A DNA stretch of 64,000 bases from Candidatus Hodarchaeota archaeon (GCA_048887225.1 JBHLJY010000002.1:256001-320000), one strand, 5' to 3'; counted from the stretch's first letter, positions 9,682 through 19,419 are shown. Notes: generated from the sequence alone by a model not told the origin. Made by a program: numbers and translations.

Positions 9682-10746
9682 TCAACCCTCCTGTTTTATT
9701 CCTAATATAAATGATGCTAAATTTTTATTTGCCTCTGATGGATTCTTAGGATATTTTGGTGGATTTTTAAATCCATACGCAGAAATTTCATCTATTGATC
9801 CTGCGACACCCTGATTAATTGCGACTTTTGTAGCACGAATGACATCTGCTAATACAGAACCACCATTAGGACCATCTTCAGTTTGGATCTTAATATCCAT
9901 AATTACCTTAGATCCTAAGAAACCATTTCCAACAATCCAGAGCATAGAGTTCCGTTTATTCTTAAGGAAACCCACCCAATCAGAAGTTCCGGCCACAATT
10001 GGAGCATCAATATTTAAAGCTCCCGCTACGGACTTACTTTTTATTTCTCGTTTTATTTCTCGCGCTCGATATATTGTATTTAAACTCTCAGCACCACCCC
10101 CAACATCGAGAGCATAACTTTCTTTTATATCAATCCCCCGATCCAACAATTCTTGAAGAATTAATTTATGCAATATTGTCGCTCCAAATTGGTCTTGTAA
10201 ATCATCTCCAATTAGAGGCAATTTTGCATCATAGAATTTTTGAGCAATTTCTTTATCGGTTGCAATACTTGTAGGTGTAGCATTAATAAAGGCACAACCA
10301 GCTTTAAGGGCTTCGCTTGCATAAAATCGTACAGCATTGTCTGCTCCAGAAGGTAATAAGCATAAGACAATCTCCGCCCCGGTCGATATTAAGTATTCAG
10401 ATATATTTATTGATGGTAGTTTTGCTGGTTTAATATTAAATTCTGTTTCCTTAATGGCTCCATCTAAAACATTGCCCATAACAACGATGATATCATAATT
10501 TTTACGGAAATCAACCTTAATATCCAATTCATTTTCTCTAATTGCTTTGTAAACCTTTTTACCAACCTTTCTCTCCGAGATATCAACAGCTGCGACTATC
10601 TGAATATCTGAAATATGATAACCAGCTAACGTTGGGCGAAGCAATCCTCCATTATTCAATCCCTCACGGTAATATTCAATACCTTGGATTAACGCAGATG
10701 CAGCATTACCTATTCCAACAATTGCTAACTTAATTTTTTCTGGCAT
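9682..10746 (-). CDS. myo-inositol-1-phosphate synthase-like protein (divergent paralogue)
   Basis: GIGNAAS, LPSGA, GDDLQDQFGAT, DVGGGAES, KREIKS, DGPNGG, FKNPP; same fold with altered active-site motifs. Confidence 0.85.
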   Translation of the reverse strand: MPEKIKLAIVGIGNAASALIQGIEYYREGLNNGGLLRPTLAGYHISDIQIVAAVDISERKVGKKVYKAIRENELDIKVDFRKNYDIIVVMGNVLDGAIKETEFNIKPAKLPSINISEYLISTGAEIVLCLLPSGADNAVRFYASEALKAGCAFINATPTSIATDKEIAQKFYDAKLPLIGDDLQDQFGATILHKLILQELLDRGIDIKESYALDVGGGAESLNTIYRAREIKREIKSKSVAGALNIDAPIVAGTSDWVGFLKNKRNSMLWIVGNGFLGSKVIMDIKIQTEDGPNGGSVLADVIRATKVAINQGVAGSIDEISAYGFKNPPKYPKNPSEANKNLASFILGIKQEG

Positions 10747-10754
10747 ATGAACAC

Positions 10755-10777
10755 TTCACTGTGAATTTCAGTATAAA
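10755..10777 (-). promoter_or_regulatory. Candidate archaeal TATA box plus palindromic operator upstream of the MIPS-MIPS-IPCT operon
   Basis: Minus-strand TTTATA at 10777-10772 (26-31 nt before ATG 10746); 5-1-5 inverted repeat TTCAC-T-GTGAA at 10755-10765 between it and the start. Confidence 0.35.
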
Positions 10778-10907
10778 TTTGATTATTAAGAAATCAAAAT
10801 AAAATTTTCTCTATTGGATGAAAACATAAAGAGGAAAAAAATATAAAACATCATTTAATAAAAATAAATAGAAGAGAAGGATATAATGTTATAAATTTAA
10901 CAATCTC

Positions 10908-13352
10908 ATGCCAAAAATAACCAAGATATTTAATCGAATTTTGGATTTGATTTCCAAAAGGATTGCCATGAATATTAGGCACTTTTTTAGCCTGATAATC
11001 TCAAAATTTTATAGTAATAAAGTTGACGAGAATTTAATTGTCTTTGGATCTACGAACGGGAATGCTTTTTCTGGAAATTCTAAAGAACTATTTTTATATC
11101 TAACAGAAAACTCAAATTATCACTGTGTCTGGTTTACCTCATCAGATATAATTCTGAATGATTTAAGAAAAAAGGGATATCATGCAGAGTCAAATCGTAA
11201 GATTGTAAAACCGGTAAAATTCTTAAAAAGAGCCAAATATATCTTTATCACCCATGGATTCGGGGATGTTTTATTAGTAGATTTCTCACCAGATACTACT
11301 GTGGTTCATTTAGACCATGGTTCTGCATTAAAACTCATTGGATACGGTTTGAAAGCTTCATTTTTAAATGTGTTTCAGAGGAAAGTCCATGAGTATTGGA
11401 ATAAAAGAATTAGTTATTTAACGGTTTGTTCAGAGGAAACAAAAAGAATCAAGCGATTTAGTTATGATTTACCCTCTGAAAGAGTAATAATTACGGGATA
11501 TCCAAGAAATAAAACTCTTGAAGAAAACTCAATTGAAGCTCAAAATGAGCTAAGGGAGAAATTATATATTGAAAATAGTGAGGAAATATTATTATATGCT
11601 CCTACTTTTAGGGATTATCCCATTCAGAGCCCTCTTAATGGTGATTTTTTAAAAGAATTAGATGAATTTTTATTAAGAAATAATAAAATTCTTTTATACA
11701 AACCTCATCCATTTGAGGAAAAAATAGATCTTAACAAATATCAAAATATTAGATCAATCGACCCGAATGTTGATATTAATGATTTACTTGTAATTGCCGA
11801 TTTGTTAATAACAGATTATTCTGGTGTATTTTTTGATTATCTTCTCACTTTAAGACCAATTCTTTTTTTTCCTTATGATTTAGAGAAATATACAGGAGCA
11901 CGAGACTTTTTTTATGATTATAACACCCTTGTTCCAGGCCCAATTGTTAGGACTGGAGAACAGTTAATCTCAAAATTAGAAACTATGCAACAATGGAGCG
12001 TGGAATATTTAGAATCAAGATTAAAGGCTCGAGATAAATTTAATAAATATCACGACGGAAGAGCAATACAAAGAATCGTAGAACTTTTAAACCTTAAAAT
12101 AGAAAAACCAATAAGACCTATATTACCTCCAAAAGTTAGGATTGAGCCACTCATTGGAAGATTTAATAGGACCTTCAATAATGTTCTTGAATTTGTATCC
12201 AAAAAAGTTGGAATGAATATAAAACATATTTTATCTTATCCCTTGTCCAAGCTATTTAGTAAAAAGGTATATGATAGCCTCTTAGTATTTGGTAGTACCA
12301 ATGGTCAAGCGTTTGCAGGTAATCCGAAGGTTGTCTTTCAATACTTATGTGAACATTCAAATTATAAGTGTGTATGGATTACTGGTTCTGAAAACGTCTA
12401 TAGAGATTTAAAAAGACGAAATTATAATGTCGTCTTGAATAAAAATATAATTAAGACAATAAAAACTCTCAAAGCAGCCAAATATATTTTTATTTCACAT
12501 GGATTTGGAGATATTTTTTATATCGATTTTTCACCAAAATCAAGATTAATTCATTTAGCACATGGAATATCCTTTAAGAAAGGAGGTCATGATTTAGAAT
12601 CAACCTTCATGCCTTTCGTTGAGAAGTGGATGAATAAAATGCTTGTCAATCATATGAATCTTTTGATTGATTCTTCAGAAGAGACAAAACGCCATAAAAT
12701 GACAAGATTTAGCCTCCCTACTGATAGAATTGCGGTAACTGGTTATCCAAGAAATGATATTTTAATTAACCATACTAAAGATTTAGATAATAGTATTAAG
12801 AAAGGATTAGGAATCAAAAAGAATTATGAAGTGATATTATACGCTCCAACGTTCAGGGACTACAGCTATACGCCTCCTTTAAGCAAACCATTTCTCGAAA
12901 AACTAGAAGAATACCTCATAGCTGAAAACAAATGTTTTTTATATAAACCGCATCCATTTGAAAAGCAACTTGATTTAGGTGATTTTAAGAATATTAAGTC
13001 AATCGATCCTAACGTTGACATCCTTGATTTATTAATAATTTCCGATATATTGATAACAGATTATTCTAGTGTATTTTATGACTATCTCCTCACAGTAAGA
13101 CCAATAATCTTTTTTGCAGAGGATTTAGATAGATATACCAATGTAAGAGATTTTTATTATGATTACGAATCATTCGTACCTGGACCAGTTGTAAAAACCA
13201 GCGACCAATTAATTGAAGTTCTAAAATCTTTTAATCAATGGGAACCAAAATATAAAGAAAGAAGAAAACAAATGCGAGATCAATTTAATAAATATCATGA
13301 TGGAAGGTCTACAGAGAGAATTGTTGATCTACTCGAATTAAAGACGTTTTAA
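10908..13352 (+). CDS. CDP-glycerol:glycerophosphotransferase (TagB/TagF) family protein with two complete tandem domains
   Basis: Two copies of FGSTNG..F.GN, HG...K, TGYPRN, LYAPTFRD, KPHPFE, LITDYS..F.DY, PGP, HDGR. Confidence 0.92.
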   Translation: MPKITKIFNRILDLISKRIAMNIRHFFSLIISKFYSNKVDENLIVFGSTNGNAFSGNSKELFLYLTENSNYHCVWFTSSDIILNDLRKKGYHAESNRKIVKPVKFLKRAKYIFITHGFGDVLLVDFSPDTTVVHLDHGSALKLIGYGLKASFLNVFQRKVHEYWNKRISYLTVCSEETKRIKRFSYDLPSERVIITGYPRNKTLEENSIEAQNELREKLYIENSEEILLYAPTFRDYPIQSPLNGDFLKELDEFLLRNNKILLYKPHPFEEKIDLNKYQNIRSIDPNVDINDLLVIADLLITDYSGVFFDYLLTLRPILFFPYDLEKYTGARDFFYDYNTLVPGPIVRTGEQLISKLETMQQWSVEYLESRLKARDKFNKYHDGRAIQRIVELLNLKIEKPIRPILPPKVRIEPLIGRFNRTFNNVLEFVSKKVGMNIKHILSYPLSKLFSKKVYDSLLVFGSTNGQAFAGNPKVVFQYLCEHSNYKCVWITGSENVYRDLKRRNYNVVLNKNIIKTIKTLKAAKYIFISHGFGDIFYIDFSPKSRLIHLAHGISFKKGGHDLESTFMPFVEKWMNKMLVNHMNLLIDSSEETKRHKMTRFSLPTDRIAVTGYPRNDILINHTKDLDNSIKKGLGIKKNYEVILYAPTFRDYSYTPPLSKPFLEKLEEYLIAENKCFLYKPHPFEKQLDLGDFKNIKSIDPNVDILDLLIISDILITDYSSVFYDYLLTVRPIIFFAEDLDRYTNVRDFYYDYESFVPGPVVKTSDQLIEVLKSFNQWEPKYKERRKQMRDQFNKYHDGRSTERIVDLLELKTF

Positions 13353-13357
13353 TTTAA

Positions 13358-14512
13358 TCAAGCTATTTTTTCAATCTTCTTATTGTATAAATCGGTAAAA
13401 ATCTCTTTCCATTTTATAATTGCGATTTCAATGTTCATCTCTCGCTTAACATATTTGTAAGCATTCTCGCTGAAATTTGTCCATGCCTCTGGATTTTTGA
13501 GCAAGTGATTCAAATTCTCTATTAATGTGTTGAAATTATTATTACAAAACAGACCAACTTGGTTTTTTCCTATGAAATTGTCAGGATTGATATTTAAGCT
13601 TAAGATTGGTGTTGAAGAATTCATTGATTGATTGAAAGAATTAGGAAAACCTTCTGTTAATGATGTATTCACAAATACCTTCGCATTTTTATAATAATCA
13701 TCCACCTCAGAAAAAGGTATACCTGGTATAAATTGAAGATTTTTGACCTTATTTGCAGTATTCTTAATATATTCAAAGTATTTAATGTCGTCTGCAGCCG
13801 GCATTATCATAATAAATTTTTCGTTAGGAAAATTTCTCGCCAAATCGATAAATACTTCTGGTCTTTTCCATTTTTTACCCCTTGCAACCCAAAGAATAAA
13901 ATCTCTTTTCTTGGTATCAGTTTTTTTGATAGAATAACTATTCCGAATTACTAAAGAATCAAAATTAAAGGTTCTTTTTAGAATATCTCGATCTTCCTCA
14001 TTTTGAACTACAATATAATCCACTTTTTTAAATCCTAAATAAAAGAATGAATATCTTCCACTTCCTTTTAAAATTTTTTTCAATAAATATAGTTTATTTA
14101 CTTGATGTTGATGTTCTGTTCGATGGATATGAACTTTTTTGTTTAACCTACAATAAAAATTAGTAAAGCCCACATATTTAGATAAATTAGCTGTGAAATA
14201 AATATCAGCATTTATTTGAGCCAGTTTCTTGTAAAATTTAAAAAATGAAAGGATATAGTTTTTAAAATTTTTCTTCTGTGAATGTCCTTTAATTACTTTT
14301 ATGTTATTGTATATTTCAAGAGATTTTTGACCGAAATCAGCTACCAAAAAATATATCTCGAAATTGTCATCCTTTACTAATTCATTGGCAATATTATATA
14401 AATCTACTTCTGCTCCGCCTATTTTTGCTTTTGAAGCCGGATTAAAGACCGCATAGGTGAACGCTTGTACAAAACAGATTTTAATCTTCCTTGTCATTTT
14501 AAACTCTTTCAA
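13358..14512 (-). CDS. Glycosyltransferase family 4
   Basis: IGGAE, KRPE, NTSLTEGFPNSFNQS. Confidence 0.9.
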   Translation of the reverse strand: MKEFKMTRKIKICFVQAFTYAVFNPASKAKIGGAEVDLYNIANELVKDDNFEIYFLVADFGQKSLEIYNNIKVIKGHSQKKNFKNYILSFFKFYKKLAQINADIYFTANLSKYVGFTNFYCRLNKKVHIHRTEHQHQVNKLYLLKKILKGSGRYSFFYLGFKKVDYIVVQNEEDRDILKRTFNFDSLVIRNSYSIKKTDTKKRDFILWVARGKKWKRPEVFIDLARNFPNEKFIMIMPAADDIKYFEYIKNTANKVKNLQFIPGIPFSEVDDYYKNAKVFVNTSLTEGFPNSFNQSMNSSTPILSLNINPDNFIGKNQVGLFCNNNFNTLIENLNHLLKNPEAWTNFSENAYKYVKREMNIEIAIIKWKEIFTDLYNKKIEKIA

Positions 14513-15324
14513 ATTTTTCTAAAAACTGCCTCAAATGAAGGCACATTCCATTTATGATATTCTTCATAAAAGATAAATTCCAATGAAGTTTCCTTGTTAT
14601 TAATAAATTTGAATTTTTCTCCTTTTTGGTTTTCCAGAAATAATTCATTATTTTCAACATAAATATCATATTTATGCATACCAGTCCAAGATTTTCTTGA
14701 TCCCTCTCTTGTATTACTACACACAAAGAAGAATCCCCCTTTTTTAAGTAATTGATATCCATTTCTAAAACATTTTAGCGGATTCTCAGCATGATCTAAA
14801 GAATTTTGAGCAAATACTATATGAAAACTTTCTTTTTTAAAAGCTTTTAATAGATCTTCACCTTTCAATTTGATTGGAACAATTGGATAAGTATATTTTA
14901 ATTTTTTCATCATTCTTTCATAGATATCCGCCAATGGGTCAATTGCTGTAACTTTTATTAATTTTCTATCGACCCAATAAGATAGATTTGAATTAGGACC
15001 CGAACCAATTTCCAAGGTTTCTAATAATGATACATTGAATTTTTCTCTTAACTTTGATACCTCATCTCTTATCCCGGGAGCAAATGCCGCTGGATTTTTT
15101 CTACAAGATTCTAAAAAAGCAATTGGATCTTCTTTTTTTATAAAAAATAAACTTTCATAACTATAAACTTCGGAAGCTATGTTTGTTTCTCGTCTTATAT
15201 ATGATCTGAGTGAAAAGTATAAAGATTTCAAAAGTAGTTTTAAATTAATAAAGCTTATTTTGTTCTCTTTAATTGCTAGAGCAATAAACTCGTTAAATTT
15301 CTTAGATACGCCAGTTCGTTTCAT
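14509..15324 (-). CDS. Class I SAM-dependent methyltransferase
   Basis: LEIGSGP, AIDPLA, SFHIVFAQNSLDH, LKKGG; 4-nt overlap with the downstream GT4. Confidence 0.85.
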   Translation of the reverse strand: MKRTGVSKKFNEFIALAIKENKISFINLKLLLKSLYFSLRSYIRRETNIASEVYSYESLFFIKKEDPIAFLESCRKNPAAFAPGIRDEVSKLREKFNVSLLETLEIGSGPNSNLSYWVDRKLIKVTAIDPLADIYERMMKKLKYTYPIVPIKLKGEDLLKAFKKESFHIVFAQNSLDHAENPLKCFRNGYQLLKKGGFFFVCSNTREGSRKSWTGMHKYDIYVENNELFLENQKGEKFKFINNKETSLEFIFYEEYHKWNVPSFEAVFRKI

Positions 15325-15431
15325 ACTATTACGATCCGATGAATTTTTATGAATGTTCTTTTTATAATATCTTTTAATTCTATGCTAAAATAAATTTTTA
15401 ACTTATTAGAGATTTTTGAAATCATACTATT

Positions 15432-16328
15432 ATGAGAAATCAAAAAGTTATTGTTATAAATGGATTTCAGAGAGGTGGGACTAATATCATTTACAATATT
15501 TTTCAATCTCATCCATTAGTTTGCTCACCAAATAATCTTGAAACAGGTGAAATAATTTCACAAAATTATCGATTATATAAATATCCTAAAATTAAATTAA
15601 TCAAATATTTTATAAAACGCTTAAAATTAAAGCTCTATGACATATTAAATAGTAAATTCATTTTAAATTCATTTTTAGTTCTGATATTTGGAAGCTTTTA
15701 TGATAAAATCTTTTATAAATATAAAAAGATGAATTATACAGATCCATTCAATAAATATAAATATGAAAATGAACCTTATAACAAAAAAGAAGTTAAAAAC
15801 AGCGTAATTTGTTTGAAATCCATCCACAACGATATTAGGTTAACGGCCTTCCTCTCTAAAATTTATAAAAATATCTTTTTCATAGGATTAGTAAGAAATG
15901 GTTATGCACTATGTGAAGGTTGGATTAGAAGAGGAAAAAATGCTGAATATTGCGGTTTGAGATATCGAAAATTCTGTGAAATGATGATTAAGGATAAGAA
16001 GAAGTTTAAAAATTATAATATCATAAAATTTGAAGACGTCTTAAAGAATCCATTTGAGATGGCATCAAGGCTATATAAATTTACAAAGCTAACACCAATT
16101 TCTTTAGAAAAGTTAAGATTTCAAGTAAAAAAGATCTTAACTGTCGATGGACACAAAATAAAATTTGGAAAAGAAAGAGCTAAATATTGGTTTGATCATG
16201 AAACTGTAAACGATTTATTTGATCCAAATATTAATAAAATTCAAATTCAAAACCTTTCAGCAGAGAATCGAAAGATTTTTGAAAAGAATACTAAATCGAT
16301 ATTAAAATATTTCAATTATTTAACCTAA
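15432..16328 (+). CDS. Sulfotransferase (PAPS-dependent family)
   Basis: 5'-PSB loop NGFQRGGTN; 3'-PB-like LVRNG; IKFEDVLKNP. Confidence 0.8.
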   Translation: MRNQKVIVINGFQRGGTNIIYNIFQSHPLVCSPNNLETGEIISQNYRLYKYPKIKLIKYFIKRLKLKLYDILNSKFILNSFLVLIFGSFYDKIFYKYKKMNYTDPFNKYKYENEPYNKKEVKNSVICLKSIHNDIRLTAFLSKIYKNIFFIGLVRNGYALCEGWIRRGKNAEYCGLRYRKFCEMMIKDKKKFKNYNIIKFEDVLKNPFEMASRLYKFTKLTPISLEKLRFQVKKILTVDGHKIKFGKERAKYWFDHETVNDLFDPNINKIQIQNLSAENRKIFEKNTKSILKYFNYLT

Positions 16329-16353
16329 ATAACATTAAAAACTTTTATTAAAA

Positions 16354-17616
16354 ATGAGAATAGCCCTAATCACTAACAATTTCTTACCAAAAACAGGCGG
16401 AATCACAAATGTTATGGTAAATGTTAGTGGAAAACTGAAAAAATTAGGAGAAAAAGTCTCAGTTTTAAATAAAACTCATGATGAGAAAGAGCGGTTATGT
16501 TATAAATTGTTATCAAATACTACATCCTTGAAAGGAATAGTTGTTCATAATGTAAAGTTCTTTTATTTCTTATTTTTTCTATTCTTAAAAATTATATTTT
16601 CTTTTAAAGAAATTACACTTAAAGATAAATTGAGGTTAGCATCATTTTATTGTTTTTATCCTAAATTTATCGTCAGGAGAACTATTTCACTTAAAAACTT
16701 AGTTTCACATTTCAAAAAACAGAAATATGATATTGTATTAAGTGGAACTTCAGATATCTCTCTATTATATAGTTTTATTATAGCAAAGTGGTTTAGGCTC
16801 CCGCTAATTACAATTGCACATGGTGATGATTTTCTCAGAAGATATCCTTTTAAAATTAAAGAGTATATCTTCCAGAACATCCAAAAACTTGTTGTGACTA
16901 ATGAATTCATGCGAAAACTATTTTTAAAAATCTATGATGTCAATCCTGTTAATGTAAATGTAATACATTTAGGTGTAAATATTGAAGAAAGCCAAGTAAA
17001 AGAATCAATCATTGACTTAAGAAAAAAATTCAATATCTTATCAGATGAGTTTATAATTCTTACTGTAAGTCGTTTTTATCCCAGAAAAGGATTTGAAACA
17101 GTTTTAAAAGCAATTAGGCTCATAAAAGATGAAAATCCGGGCATTAAAATTAAATACTGCCTAATAGGGAGAGGAGAGGAAGAGAAAAGAATTATAAACA
17201 CAATCAAGAGTTTAGAACTAAACGATGATGTGAAATTATTAGGTCAGGTTGATGACATTACTAAAAATCAATTCTACAAATTATCAAATGTTTTTGTTTT
17301 AGTTCCTGAAATAAGTAAAAACTCTATCGAAGGTTTTGGTATAGTTTATACTGAAGCGAATTATTTCCACATACCAGTAATTGGATCAAGGTCTGGAGGA
17401 GTAAGAGTAGCAATTGAAGATGGTAAAAATGGTTTTCTAATTGACCCCAAAGATGTAGAAAATTTGAAGATCTTAATTATGAAATTATATGAAAACGAAC
17501 AGCTCCGTAAAAAATTAGGAGAATATGGCCATAACAGAGTTATAGATTTATTTAATTGGAGCAAAAATGCTTTAAAATATAGAGAATTATTAAAAAAAAC
17601 AAAAGAAGAATTTTGA
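16354..17616 (+). CDS. Glycosyltransferase family 4 (PimB-like)
   Basis: FLPKTGGI, AHG, SRFYPRKG, EGFGIVYTEA, SGGV. Confidence 0.92.
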   Translation: MRIALITNNFLPKTGGITNVMVNVSGKLKKLGEKVSVLNKTHDEKERLCYKLLSNTTSLKGIVVHNVKFFYFLFFLFLKIIFSFKEITLKDKLRLASFYCFYPKFIVRRTISLKNLVSHFKKQKYDIVLSGTSDISLLYSFIIAKWFRLPLITIAHGDDFLRRYPFKIKEYIFQNIQKLVVTNEFMRKLFLKIYDVNPVNVNVIHLGVNIEESQVKESIIDLRKKFNILSDEFIILTVSRFYPRKGFETVLKAIRLIKDENPGIKIKYCLIGRGEEEKRIINTIKSLELNDDVKLLGQVDDITKNQFYKLSNVFVLVPEISKNSIEGFGIVYTEANYFHIPVIGSRSGGVRVAIEDGKNGFLIDPKDVENLKILIMKLYENEQLRKKLGEYGHNRVIDLFNWSKNALKYRELLKKTKEEF

Positions 17617-17624
17617 TATAAATA

Positions 17625-18863
17625 ATGGGCACAAAATTATTAGAATTAATCGCATCAAAAATAAAAATAATCAAATTCGCAAAAATCTTAAGGATAAATC
17701 CAAAATTCTTCTTAGATATTGTTCTTTTCCACTTTTCAAAACTTTTTAGCGCAAAAATCGATGATAAATTAATTATCTTTGGCTCAGTTGGTGGAAAAGC
17801 ATTTATTGGGAATCCGAAATATATATATCAGTACTTAAAGGAAAATACAGATTACAAGCTAATTTTCTTTGCCCAATCCAAAAACGTGAAAAACAAATTA
17901 GAAAACGAAGGTATAAAGGCAATTAACAGACATTCTATAAAAGCGATTAAAATATTGAGAAAAGCACGAGCTGTTTTTGTTTCACATGGATACGAAGATG
18001 TTTTACCGATTAAATTCTCACCAAAATCATTAGTAATTTATACTGGTCATGGGGGAGGTATCAAGATAAAAGGAAAGAATCCATATCATCAAAAATATAT
18101 CTATTCTAATTGGACAAAAATCTTGAGAGTTAAATTACGTGAGCATGAATATTTAGATTATGTTGTAAGCCCTTCTGGTTCAGGAAAGCCTCTAAAAATA
18201 TGGGCAAATATGTTACAATACCCTTTGGACAGGATATTGCCAACGGGATATCCTAGAAATGATATCTTTTTTGCTGACGACCCTTCATTAAAGACAAAGT
18301 TTAAAGATCGTTATGACATACCAAAAAATATTCAAAGAATAATATTATATGCCCCGACATATAGGGAGATTTTCTCAACAAAAGAACCTTTTACTACTGA
18401 AGATATGAAAAAATTGGATGATTTATGTAAAAACACCAATTCTATCCTTTTAATTAAGGGTCATGTGAAAGAAAAAATCATTAAATTCAAAGATTTAGAA
18501 AATATTAAAAAAGTTATTGGAGATTCAGACACGCAAGAACTCTTATATATTACGGATGTTTTAATAACAGATTATTCAACAATTTTTCATGATTTTCTGC
18601 TTCTAGACCGCCCAATCTTATTATACACTTATGATTATGATGAATACGTTAGTAAACGTGGAATTTATTATGATCATCTAGAAGAAGTCGCTCCTGGCCC
18701 TTTAATATATAACTTCAATGATCTATATGAGGCGCTAAAGAATATTGATAAAATAAAAGCTGAATATGACAAGAAAAGAATTGAATTACGAAATTACTTT
18801 AATAAATATAACGATGGGAACTCTTCGGAACGACTTTTGAGATTTTTAAAGCTAATAAATTAA
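17625..18863 (+). CDS. CDP-glycerol:glycerophosphotransferase (TagB/TagF) family protein, single domain
   Basis: FIGNPK, GHGGGIK, TGYPRND, LYAPTYRE, KGH, LITDYST, PGP, NDGNSSER. Confidence 0.92.
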   Translation: MGTKLLELIASKIKIIKFAKILRINPKFFLDIVLFHFSKLFSAKIDDKLIIFGSVGGKAFIGNPKYIYQYLKENTDYKLIFFAQSKNVKNKLENEGIKAINRHSIKAIKILRKARAVFVSHGYEDVLPIKFSPKSLVIYTGHGGGIKIKGKNPYHQKYIYSNWTKILRVKLREHEYLDYVVSPSGSGKPLKIWANMLQYPLDRILPTGYPRNDIFFADDPSLKTKFKDRYDIPKNIQRIILYAPTYREIFSTKEPFTTEDMKKLDDLCKNTNSILLIKGHVKEKIIKFKDLENIKKVIGDSDTQELLYITDVLITDYSTIFHDFLLLDRPILLYTYDYDEYVSKRGIYYDHLEEVAPGPLIYNFNDLYEALKNIDKIKAEYDKKRIELRNYFNKYNDGNSSERLLRFLKLIN

Positions 18864-18870
18864 GAAGTTC

Positions 18871-19419
18871 TTATGCAAAATCATAATCATGCCAAAATTT
18901 ATGAAGATATTTTATCGTAATACCTTCCTTTTTCACAACTTTTTTCTTAGGATTTTTATCATAGTCATAAATGCTTAATATTCCATATTTTTTTGCCAAT
19001 GATATCGTGTAGTCATCATATTTAAACCACCCTAATGCCAGCTTTTCAGGTTTTACATCCACTTGCCCCATAAAATTCATTGCTTCTTTAAACAATTCAT
19101 CTTGAAGTTCATTATCGAAGAATTGCTTAATATTACATATATGTATATGTAATTGAATTTCTTCATTTTTTTCTTTTAGATATTTTATTCTATTTTTTAG
19201 TGTGTTGGTAAATTCTTCTTTGTTCATTTTCAAGTTAAAATATAATTTACAATAATCATAATTGGCGGGTGTTATTACAAACCAAACATAGTTTTTACCA
19301 ACTAAATTTTTAACCTTTTCCCATAAATCATCTCTCACAAAAGCTTCCACATGCATGGTCTTTTCAGATAATTTGGCAAATTTTCTTAGAATGCTATGAT
19401 AAAAATTCCTTAGCTTCAT
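18871..19419 (-). CDS. Hypothetical protein, possible minimal polysaccharide deacetylase (NodB-like) fold
   Basis: MHVE, WFVITP, EIQLHIH, GWF, WHDYD resemble CE4/DUF2334 metal-binding elements. Confidence 0.45.
   Translation of the reverse strand: MKLRNFYHSILRKFAKLSEKTMHVEAFVRDDLWEKVKNLVGKNYVWFVITPANYDYCKLYFNLKMNKEEFTNTLKNRIKYLKEKNEEIQLHIHICNIKQFFDNELQDELFKEAMNFMGQVDVKPEKLALGWFKYDDYTISLAKKYGILSIYDYDKNPKKKVVKKEGITIKYLHKFWHDYDFA

Noticed and set aside
7683-10746. Di-myo-inositol-phosphate compatible-solute operon
   Set aside because: The DIPP synthase (CDP-alcohol phosphotransferase) normally fused or adjacent to IPCT is absent and the context is glycan synthesis; a distant copy cannot be excluded.
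8538-10746. Visibly higher GC in the MIPS genes as a sign of horizontal transfer
   Set aside because: Explained by Gly/Ala/Pro-rich conserved enzyme sequence; third codon positions still look AT-rich; not quantified.
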